DNA of 64,000 nt from Curvularia clavata (Eukaryota), in contig CP089281.1 in assembly GCA_023920165.1 (NCBI GenBank), forward strand, positions 124,001 to 188,000. The letters run 5' to 3'. The notes under the pieces are model-generated. The model saw only the letters and a program-made list of their open reading frames with translations, made no database searches and was not told where the DNA came from. Each line of letters begins with the position of its first letter. Position 1 is the first letter of the stretch. Below are positions 52,963 through 64,000 of the stretch, piece by piece. A program made the translations under genes and the position numbers.

Positions 52963-55900
52963 ATGGCCGCCCCCGCCCCTTCCGCGCAAGCCCGCCAGAC
53001 GCTTCAACAAGCCTTCGACCGGTTCGCTGCCACCGTCACCCCAGACGACCACCGCCTGTTCCACAACACCCAGCTGAAAGATGTCCGAGATGAGGCACTC
53101 TCAATCGAGCGGCGGCTTCGCGCTCGACGCATGCAAAAGAACATGGCCCGACTTGATCCATTTCTACGGGGAATGGAGCATTATTCAAAGGTAGTCGAGG
53201 TGCTGTGTAATGGAACACCCTACCTGTCATGGATTTGGGCACCGGTAAAACTGATGCTTATGGTGAGTATGATGCAAAATCATGATACAGATTACTTACA
53301 GAGACCAACAGATCACAATGGATTCCATCAGTGCCTTTGAAAAGTTGATAGAGGCGTATGGCAAGATCGCAGATATGCTTCCTCGCCTAGATCGACTCGC
53401 GAAAGCACTTGCTGACGATCACAACTTCCAAAATGTACTAGCTCTGGTGTACTCCGACATCATAGAGTTCCATCAGCGCGCTTATAAGTTTGTTCGAAGA
53501 AAATGTGAGTTTTGCACCAGTGTCACGTTGTACTGTACTCACGACTCATAGCATGGGCCACATTCTTTGGCTCTATGTGGGCTGGGTTTGAATCTCGGTT
53601 CAACGGGATCTTGGAGAGGCTGGCTTATCATAGCAAGCTAGTTGACAAAGAAGCCACCGCAGCCGACATTGCTGAAGCCATCCGGCGCAACAAAGCAGAC
53701 GACAAGAAGTGGGAGCAACAAGAGCGTGAATGGGCTGCTGTGAGTCTATATCGATGCGCGCGCGGTATGAACATCACAAACTAATTCCGCATGCCAATTC
53801 AGACTAAGGTTCAGAGAGTCCTGGTCTGGCTCGGATCGGATGATACCCTTCCAGCCGACATACTCGAGCGGCACATCCGAGGTTACTTGCCAGGCAGCTG
53901 CGACTGGTTCATACAACACAAAGCAACGCAGCTATGGTTTGGGGATGGTGCAAAAAATCACCTTCTGTGGCTTTGCGGAAAACCAGGCGCGGGTATGTTC
54001 CTATATCTGCGTCGCTAGTCACTTGCTTACCTATCTAAAAAGGAAAATCCATGATCTGCTCTGCCCTCGTGCAACATGCAGAAGCAAATGATATCCACGT
54101 GTTCTACTACTTCTGCAGTTGTTTCAGAAGCAGTTCTGATGGTACAAACCGTTTACTACGTTCCATAATCTCGCAGATAATCCAGAAACACCAGGATCTC
54201 GCAGTCTACGTTCATGACGTCTATTTCAAATCATATCCACTGCCAACGAAGAAGGCATTGCTGAGTCTTCTTCCTGAGCTCCTTCGAGGATTGGGCTCTG
54301 TACGGCTTGTTGTAGACGGCGTTGACGAGTGGGTGGCACAAGATCAAAAGGAGCTTCTTCAGGATCTTTCGAAGATGGTTTCAACCGACCAATCCTCTCA
54401 CGTTTGCAAGATCATGGTTGCCAGCCAAGATACCATGGATATCGCGCGGTCGCTGCGTAAGAAGGATAGATCCGCAACGACGATCTCCCTTAACAATCGC
54501 GACGAACGTCTCGCAGTCGATTCTGCAATTGCCAAATTCGTCGATAGCAAGCTGCAAGATGCTCCTGATCATTTCGATGAGGTTGATCCGGATGCCTCAA
54601 TCCTGAATCATATCAAGCAAACCCTGCTCAAAAATTCCCATGGTAATTCTCCTTACCCTGATTAGTATTAACCGATGTTCTAATAGCTACATAGGCATGT
54701 TCTTATGGGTGAGCCTTGTACTTGAATCAATGAACACAGTTTACAGCCCTGAGGAGCTGCGAACTATTGTTGATGATCTTCCTTCTGATCTAGAGGCCCT
54801 TTACGAACGAATTTTGGTTCGTCTCTGCAGTGCTCCAGGTGCTCAGAGTCACGGGGGCGTATCGCGTATCATGAGCTGGGTATGCTTTGCACAAAGACCG
54901 CTGCACAAGTCAGAGCTGCTGCATGCACTGTCGATTCTTCCACACGATACATTGTCTAAAGTCAGGAGTGTACCTGTTGCATCTATCCTCGATCACTGCA
55001 AGCCACTCATTGAAGAACTTCCAGACTCTACAATAGTGCCAGTCCACTTTTCCGTGAAGAGGTGCGTTTTTTCATAAGTTACTGACCACGTGTCTCATTT
55101 TCAAACAGATATTTCCTCACATCTCGAATACCGCAAATTGTTCCAGCGATCGATGCTACTCGGGATCTATCGTCAGTTTGCGCCATTGTGATTACACGAG
55201 CCCTCAATCTCTTACTTCTGGACAAAAATTCTACTGATTATCTTTGCCATCTAGTAAGTGGTAAGTACAGGCTTCTGGCATATGCATTGGAGTTCTGGAT
55301 TGAGCACTGCTTGCAACACGCGTTCGAAAGAGGAAGTCTAGGCACAGACCAACCGCTTCAGCATCATCTCGCTCAAATGCATGAAAAACATATGGAAGTT
55401 TGCAATGCCGTTCAGCGCACCTCGACTCCAGTCAGGACGCAAGATGCAAACGACCTTAATCACAAAGATGACCGGCTTGAGGCATTTTCCAACATGCCAA
55501 TACATGGTTTGATGATAGATGTACTACGCCTCAGGCGATTGACCAGCCAGCTCGATGGAGAAAAGGCATCTGGTACGTCACGACTAGTTGATTTTTACCC
55601 ATGAAGCTGTCCACAGGCTAACTAGGCATTTACTAGACATCGACACTTATGTCATTGCTAATGACCAAACACTCTTCAGTAAACTTGCCCAAAAACACGA
55701 AAGTGCAGTTGTACGCCTTCTAGGAAAAGATGAAGTTGAGGGTATCTCGTCAACCATTCTCCGCGCATTCCAGGATTCCTACGCTTCCACGGCTTTTCGC
55801 TGCCGCTTTCCTCATTGTAACAGGCTATCTTCTGGATTTGCTACTGCAGAGCTACGGCGCAAACATGAAACTACCCATATACAACGTGTGTATTGCCAGA

Positions 55901-56868
55901 CAGTCTCCTGTCAGTACAGCCGCATTGGCTTTGCGAAAAGGAGCTTACTCAATGCACACATGCGTACACATCACGGACAACCGAATTTACTGAATATACC
56001 CAAACAGATACGACAATCCGCAACGCTTAATCAAGTCCAACACAACCAAGGTGTAAAGAGGCCCAACGAGGATACCATAGACTCCAGCGCTAACACTACT
56101 CCACAAGCCCCCGTTATGGCTTTTCCAAAGACTCAGGAGGCTTCCAACAACGGTATGCCTAATGGATTTGCACCTGGTCAGCCCAACGAAGGCCAGCCAT
56201 CGGCTGACGCTGGTCCACAAGGCCCCATAGATCCTCAGCCTGGTCCTATGCCAACTCAGCAGGCCAACCGACAGCCTTTGACTGAACAAGTTCGCATGAG
56301 TATGATGCCACCTGAGCTCGATAATTCTATAAAGCGACAATTACTCAGAGTGCCCGAACACCAGTTCCGTGTCATCCTACAGAGCTACATGACGAACCTC
56401 CGCCGCAACAACGGCATGCCCGATGGATCTGCACCTGGTCATCCCAACGCAAGCCAGCCACCGCCTGGCGCTGGCCCCATAGATCCTCAGCGTGGTCCAT
56501 TGCCAACTCAGCAACAGCGCGTCGCTGCTGCTGCCAATCTGCTTCGGGCCAACCCTGGCATCATCACCACTACGGACCCCAAGCCGTTCCCTCCTAATAT
56601 ACTAAACGCGCGAATTCGACAAGATCTTCCACCAGACGTTAGAACCTGGCAGCAACTCAAGGGATGGGCTGCCCAAAACCCTGCTCTTGTTCCTGGTGTT
56701 GATAGCCAGAAGTTGATCATGCTACAAGTTCTACACTTCCAGGACGCAGTAAGACAGTCGAATGGTGTCAAAAGTGTCCCTGATATTGAGCCAAGACCAT
56801 ACATGAAACAATTCACTGCACAAGACCGACCCAGCAAGACAGCAGACTTAAATCCAACCCGAAGCTAG
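52963..56868 (+). CDS. NACHT (STAND) NTPase / NLR-like protein with two C2H2 zinc fingers and a Q/P-rich, Med15-like C-terminus
   Basis: Eight exons; introns 53263-53311, 53505-53551, 53740-53802, 53993-54042, 54643-54694, 55062-55108, 55573-55636 give an open frame of 1177 aa. Walker A LWLCGKPGAGKS, Walker B RLVVDGVDE, GMFLWVSL, LPSDLEALYERIL, WVCFAQRPL, VHFSVK; C2H2 fingers at ~55795-55975. Confidence 0.9.
56145..56513 (+). repeat. Imperfect in-frame direct duplication (~110 bp units) inside the NACHT gene
   Basis: 56145-56261 (NNGMPNGFAPGQPNEGQPSADAGPQGPIDPQPGPMPTQQ) vs 56406-56513 (NNGMPDGSAPGHPNASQPPPGAGPIDPQRGPLPTQQ), similar at DNA level. Confidence 0.85.
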
Positions 56869-57762
56869 TTCAGTTGGGAAGGAGATCTATAGTTAAGACT
56901 CAAATAAGTTGTATGCTTTTATCTATCACTTAGTAGATTGTTCATATCTTCTATAACTATTGGATTAGTTATTAAACTTGATTCTATCCTACTTTATTAT
57001 TCGGTCATAGCAACTGGTCTGTGATATATGCTATAAACAAAGCAGTAATGATGAAACATTTCACTGTATAACGCCATTTCCATCAAGTACAAATTTCCCG
57101 TTACTGTTGCTAATGAACTGACCACCATCTACTGAGGGTTTCTCAGATTTACGGTTGTCCATCCATTTTTGGTGCTGACAATTTTAGTGACATTGGGCTG
57201 TTTCTCTCGCAAGGCTTGATCTCGGCTCAGAATCACAGTTCTTATCTATCTGTATTGATGGTAAGCTTACTAAAGAACTAACAGTCCTGTGAAAGTAAGG
57301 GTTAGAAATTATTTCCAATTAGATGAAATCCTATTGATATTCACGAGCTACACGACATGTTAAAATCCATCGCGGTGCATTTCGTGTCATACAATTTATT
57401 ACTAAGACCTCCGCATATAGTAGTTAGCCTACAGGTTCCAGGAATGTTTCCCTATTTGCGCACTCTCCCGTACCCCAGCGTGGTCTAATGTGAGCCCAAG
57501 ATTCTCAATTAGGAAGCTCGCCTCACCGCCACGCGCTCCATCAAGCTAGCGCCATGCATTCAAATGCTCTGTAAGCCGAACACATCGTTGTACAAACTTT
57601 TATCTGTTTACTTTTGAAGTTAGAGTAGTGCTAACTTTAGGAAGTCTCGCTAAGTGCTAATATAAAACTTCGTATCACTACCAGGTCGGAATAAGGTATA
57701 AAGGTTCGGCCCGTCGCGCTCAATAGATGCGCATCTCACAACAGCAACAAACAACTTCTAAA

Positions 57763-58166
57763 ATGTATTTCAGCAACATCCTCCTCATCGCAGCTACGAC
57801 CGTCGGCTTCGCTGCCGCTGGCCAAATCAATTTCTACTCGGACCGAAACTGCCAGAACTACATTGGCGAAGCTCACCCCGGCATCGGCCAAATCACAGGG
57901 TAAGCTATCCTACTTGCATTTCTCTCGAGAATTACTCTCTTTCCCCCGATTTGGAACATTTTCTAACAGTTTCATTTTCCAGTGGCCCTGCAGGCGGCTT
58001 CTCTGCCCTCTGGGTCAACGGCGACCAGTGGTCTTGCACACAAACCTGCGGACCGTACTGGATCTGCGGTGACTCGGGTTGCAACAATAGGCAGTCTGTA
58101 GCGACGGGTAGATGTGTTAGCTTCAGCACGGGCGTTTGGGGTGTGAACCAGTGCAAGCAGTGCTAG
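57763..58166 (+). CDS. Small secreted cysteine-rich protein (106 aa, 8 Cys), effector candidate
   Basis: Exon 1 57763-57899 encodes MYFSNILLIAATTVGFAAA-GQINFYSDRNCQNYIG; intron 57900-57982 (GTAAGC...CTAAC...CAG); exon 2 ends QCKQC*. TATAAA ~65 bp upstream. Confidence 0.85.
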
Positions 58167-58526
58167 ACTTGCGGGGCGTGGGGGGCTGGATATGGACGTG
58201 TCAATCTTGTATTTGGGTATATGATTTCTATGCACTGGCAGGTTATTTGGATGAAGCAGTTGCGCTGTAAAATGAACGCCTAAGCATGCCGTTATTCCCA
58301 ATGGCATCTCGTTTCTGCGAAGAGAATAGCGATGCGCATCATTGGGGCATGAATGGAAATAGCTGCATCTGGTGTCCACAGTAAGAATGATATGTTGTTA
58401 AGAAGACACATTCATCTTCCAGAGTTGAACAAATGCGATTGAAGAAAAGACCTTCTAAATGCACAGCCACTTTGAGATCAAGGTATAAACTCATTGGTAG
58501 AAGATGAATAGCACTCGATGGCTATC

Positions 58527-58796
58527 TTACATGCGGTCGTGGTTCCACCCATCTCTCATTGTCCCCCTTCGTTCCACAGCACCAACACACTCCACGCCCT
58601 CTGTTCTTACACTCATGCCATAATGTGCGACTGCTAGTTGCCTGTTTATGTCCCTTTTCAACTCCTTCATTTCTCTTCTCCATTCTTTCATCTTCGTCTC
58701 TAGCATTTCGACCTGCGCGCTGAAGATACGGTACATGACGAAGAAGCATAAAGCGTTGAATGCAGCGCATACAAGGTTTGCCTTGACGCTCGTCAT
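58527..58796 (-). CDS. Possible small membrane/coiled-coil protein
   Basis: 89-aa ORF with aaaaATG context, an N-terminal hydrophobic helix and a charged heptad-like segment; no family recognised. Confidence 0.3.
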   Translation of the reverse strand: MTSVKANLVCAAFNALCFFVMYRIFSAQVEMLETKMKEWRREMKELKRDINRQLAVAHYGMSVRTEGVECVGAVERRGTMRDGWNHDRM

Positions 58797-59727
58797 TTTT
58801 TTGGTGCTTAGGGGAGTTGTGTAGGCCAGCTAGACATATAGCACTTGTCAGGAGTAATGAGGTAATTGCGGAGGCAAAGTTTTGATCGGTAGGATTGAAT
58901 GTCGCGGCGAAATACGAAGCAAAGAACTAGCAATGCAAGTGTACGATGATTGGTTAGTTTGTTATATCCAAGACTTCCAAACATCGTAAACTTTGCTGCG
59001 GTCGCTCTTCGCTTATGTACTCGTCACTTAAGTAAGTTACTGTAGCCACGGCTTCTACCACGTGCACCGCCTTGGAAATACTTAATTACCTCAATGCTGC
59101 TGACTGGATTGCGACCTGCGCTTTTGGGAGGAGATTGCTCACACCGTAAGACGAGTGACGAGATGTACAACCAAGAGGTGTGATTTTGTTTTGACGGGAT
59201 AGTATTCCATTACCTAAGCGATTCCTCCGATGAAGGAATTCCCGCAAAAAGGGGAAAATGCCGCAGTATTACAGGGTTGGCAACGTCGATTGAAAACAGC
59301 TACATGCTGCAAGGTTGAGTAAGGAAAAACAACAAGCATAACATGTGATTGAAAAAGGAATTTTGAGTAGAGCGTGCGCTCCTCGAGCGTCTGCAGTGGT
59401 GGCACGTGATTGTCATAGTGCGGGTGGGAAGTATCGACTGCGCTACTTGAGCACGTACTATGGGTATTTGTAACATTTTCGCGATACAGATACTGGAATT
59501 CACCTGCATGGTTTCCTCGCTAACAGCGAAACGATGAAGATGCTGTGGCAGGTAGGAAACGATACAATTGTTGTGCTCCAAGATAACCGCTACGCAGGGT
59601 TTCGAGAGTCTGAACATTAACCCAAGGACATATCAAGCCTGCTACTACAGTCACACAAAACATGATACAAAGTCATTCATTTTATCCTAGATATTTAAAT
59701 GCACGCCGGCTTTTGTCTCGAATATAT

Positions 59728-60885
<1,158 letters not shown>

Positions 60886-61190
60886 TTTTGAAGCTGTGAC
60901 GCAAAAGTTGAGGCTCCGCGTATGGCAATTTTGGACGTGGCGCCAGACCGAAGTTCGGAGGCCTGAGCTTCCCCGCGGAGCGAACCAATGTCATCACGTG
61001 AGGCAGCAATAGGTACCATGGAATGCTCCACGACCGATCTCTTCCAGACATTGAATTCAAGTTTGAGAAACCGCCCTCAGTAACATGATTATACCCCACC
61101 ACAGCCGTGTGTATTATACAACCTTGTACCCTAACGCCGCGCTGATGCACACGCCCAGACCCGTCCCATGCCTCGTGCGTCACACATGTT

Positions 61191-62334
61191 CTAGTCCAGT
61201 TCGTTGTCTTTGCCCTCTTTTCCTGACTCCTTTCCGTGTACCTCTTCAAATTTCTCCTTTGCATCCTCGACACCCTCTTTCTTTGCTTCCTCTGTCGGCA
61301 CCAATTCGATTATGACAACGAAGAGCTCTTGGTTGGTCTCGCGGTTCTTGAGCACATATCTAAGAGTGTGCGAACTGATTAGTGAATGATCGAGTCAGCT
61401 CCGCATCCCGATCCAAAGAAATGTTCCTCTTCTATGAAAAAGCAGAAAGTAAATAAGCAGAAAGATGTACGTACCGTAGTGGTTGGCCATCCCAATGTCG
61501 GATCATGGAGATGTTGGGCAGTCCATAACCAATCTTGAGCGCAAACTCGTTGAAGTCCAGATAGGGATTGAAAAAGTCGCATTTGTACTCGCGGCCTGCC
61601 TCAAAGGTAAAGTTTTTGCGATTCTGTTCAGTCAGGAAGAATTTTTGCCGCGCGGCCGGCCTGTCAGGCACTCCTTTCTCTTTCCTGACCTCGACACCAT
61701 CCCCATCTGCACCCTCTTCGTATACAATGGCCTCACCATCTGAGCCGCTGACCTCGACATCACCCTCAGTCTGCGCTTCTCCCTTGACGTCGTCTTCGGT
61801 GGACTTGTCTTCGCCCTTCTTGCTGCCAATGCGCAAAACGTTGATGGACGACAGCAGCGGGCCATACAGATAAGGCTCGTCGGCGTACACATCGCCGTCT
61901 AGGCCAGGGTCAATCCACCACTTGACGATTCCAAACGCCTTGTCGAACAAGGGCGGCAGGCGGTCGCGGATGGGATGGTCAAAGTCATTTCCAAACACGA
62001 GTTTGTCGCCCGCAATGTCCTGCTTTGGAGTAAAGGAAAAGGATATCGAGTAGCGATCGTACGGATGCTGGGGCGTGGAGAAGTACGGCGACGTAGCTGG
62101 AGAGCCTTCGGGTAGACCTTGGAATCGTCAGTCGTTGCTGCTAGTGTTTGCGGGGTACAAAGGGTAAAGCGTACCGCGATAGTCTTTGATGCGCATGTGT
62201 AGTCTTGCATCGATGAAGTCAGAGGATATGTCGACTGGCTTCTCACTGTTTACAAGTACAGGCTGCTGCTTGGAGACATCGTAAGTTGCGCCTGCAGTGA
62301 CGCGCAGTATGTATTGCTCGTGGCTCGTCATCAT
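61191..62334 (-). CDS. DUF1769-family protein
   Basis: YILRVTAG, RIKDYRG|LP, FGNDFDHPIRDRLPP, WWIDPGLDGDVYADEPYLYGP, DFFNPYLDFN, WDGQPLR|YVLKNR; two introns. Confidence 0.85.
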
Positions 62335-64000
62335 ACAGTATCACACAGTGTGGATTATCTGCAAATTTACAAAAATAAAACGTTCTGCCGAGAGCAAGGT
62401 GACTGCAAGTAAACAGAAAGGGTGTCTTGGTGTATGTGCTTGTTGCGCCGTCATCAAACTGCGCCGCCGCTTTCGCCGCCGCCCAAATTTTGGCCATGGC
62501 CGCAATGACGTTTTGGCGACGCAGGGACAACCCACTACGACATTGTCTAGTCTAAGCTACACTCGGCGTTTACCCAATATGATGTATGGATCAGAATCCC
62601 ATGCTCTGTCAAAAAGAAGGTAAAGACGGAGACTCTGGTGTTCTTTGTTGTTGTCTTCCTTTATTTCATCTCTTGCTCGATCCGTGCTGAGAAGACATCT
62701 TGTCACGTGGGATACAATCACGTGAGTGTCTTTGCTCTCTATAATGTGTCAGAACGCCAGTCGCAGCTCCTCACAAATCTGATCCCCCGCCATGTCGAGA
62801 TTTGATTACAGATCTTCAATGCAGCTACTACACTAATGCCCTGCATGCTAACACCCTGTAACAGATCAGACTTCGACCCCAGGAATGAGTATCTGCTATA
62901 TTTCGAAGACCGATGGTGCGCCCTATTCCCATGCAAGCCCCATGACCTTTTGCAGCATGTGCGGGCGTGCTAGACTGTAAATACAAGGCGTGTGGATGTG
63001 AATTTGCGGGAAATAGGTTTCTATGCTACCTGAACGAAATCAAAGAAAAGACGCCTCCATGCCGGTATGGGAAAGCCCCATATTTACTGGCTTGGCTTGG
63101 ATATTGGTGGATAGTCGGTCTTTACTAACCCAACGCCCTCTACTAGGGTAATGCTAGCATAGGCCAGTCTAGATGGGTTCATCAAAGGCGCGGAGCGATG
63201 AGGTCAAGAATATTCCAACGAGACGTTTCGGTGCTTCGCAGCAAGTGGCATGAGCATTGTTCTCGCCCGCAAGCTCAGCCAATCTGTCTTCCACAATGGG
63301 TTGGTCCCCGAAAAGGACCATGTGATAGGCAATGTGATACATAGTGTGCGGCTTGATTCAGTACCTGGGCGCTGTATCCTCGTTAACAGTGGAATAGTAC
63401 GGAGCAGTACCGAGAACCCAGCGGTGTGGTCACCAGTCAGTCTCTCCCGTGTCAGGCGTCCAAGCTCGCACGATGGCGCCTCATCACTAGCCCGATTCTC
63501 CACTCGCCCTCAGCGCCCGTTTCTGTTAGCGAAGCCCGACAGGCAGAACTGGGTAATCTGCTAGCTGTATGCAATAATAACCCAAACCTACCCCGTACAA
63601 ATGCGTTGAGGCTGAAATATCGAATGCAAGGCACAAGGTTGATCGGCGCTATCAAATGCTTGGCACGAGTTACTTCGACTTCAACACCCTCCAGCTCTCC
63701 ACGCCAAGAAACTCCGCATCTCTCGAGGCTCATGGGACACGACCCTTTCACTTGGCTGGCCCACGTCTATGGCGCGGCTTCGCTCCCCCGGATGCCCTTG
63801 CGCTTCTTTCTTTACAATTTTGCATTACTAGCCAAGGTACTACTCTCAGCTCAACCCACTGGCCTTGCAGCCATCGTGGCGCACACAGCACCAATTCAGT
63901 CAAACTGAGCGAGCCTCATCATATGTCTCTATACTGGCGCTGAGTAGTCTTCACCGGCTTCGACAGTCTAGACTTGCCTTCGCGACTTGACCAAGCCATG

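Noticed and set aside
52963..53260. Amyloid signalling motif (HET-s/sigma/PP type) at the NACHT N-terminus, with an adjacent HeLo/gasdermin effector
   Set aside because: The N-terminus is a helical domain without a G/N/Q-rich pseudo-repeat, and no HeLo/HET/gasdermin-like gene was recognised nearby.
56870..57070. AT/TpA-rich patch after the NACHT stop as a RIPed repeat
   Set aside because: Short, with no termini or coding remnant; compatible with an ordinary terminator region.
61224..61229. TGACTC as a Gcn4/CpcA site for LYS12
   Set aside because: It lies inside the DUF1769 coding exon, matches imperfectly, and a 6-mer is expected by chance.
62600..64000. Overlapping 95-160 aa ORFs at the window end
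   Set aside because: No motifs or convincing gene structure; cannot be called from this window.

Overview
Eukaryotic DNA from a filamentous ascomycete: short GT-AG introns with CTRAC/CTAAC branch sites and a RIP-like mutated transposon. A Dothideomycete origin is plausible but cannot be proven from this window. I can support about 24 intact or probable protein-coding genes, three pseudogenes and one complete but inactivated Tc1/mariner (DD34E) transposon. Conserved anchors are a RKM4/SETD6-like SET gene (32.7-34.3 kb), LYS12 (59.7-60.9 kb) and a DUF1769 gene. Between SET and LYS12 is a ~25 kb accessory-looking block: alpha-glucosidase and GT4 pseudogenes, DUF6601-like gene, Zn-ADH, an intronless aldonolactone-oxidase-like gene, a bacterial-type lipase, a SNF2/NACHT pair and a small secreted Cys-rich protein. 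The best candidate for an undescribed system is the head-to-head pair, 319 bp apart, of a Rad5/16-like SNF2 ATPase (49347-52643, -) and an intact ~1177-aa NACHT protein (52963-56868, +). The NACHT protein has no WD/ANK/TPR repeats. It carries two C2H2 fingers and a partly duplicated C-terminal segment resembling a piece of Mediator subunit Med15, suggesting a paired NLR-like sensor/executor with an integrated decoy. Also notable is a secreted tandem-knottin protein whose 3' UTR is displaced by the transposon, inserted at the TA right after its stop codon. All family names come from motif recognition by eye, not database searches.
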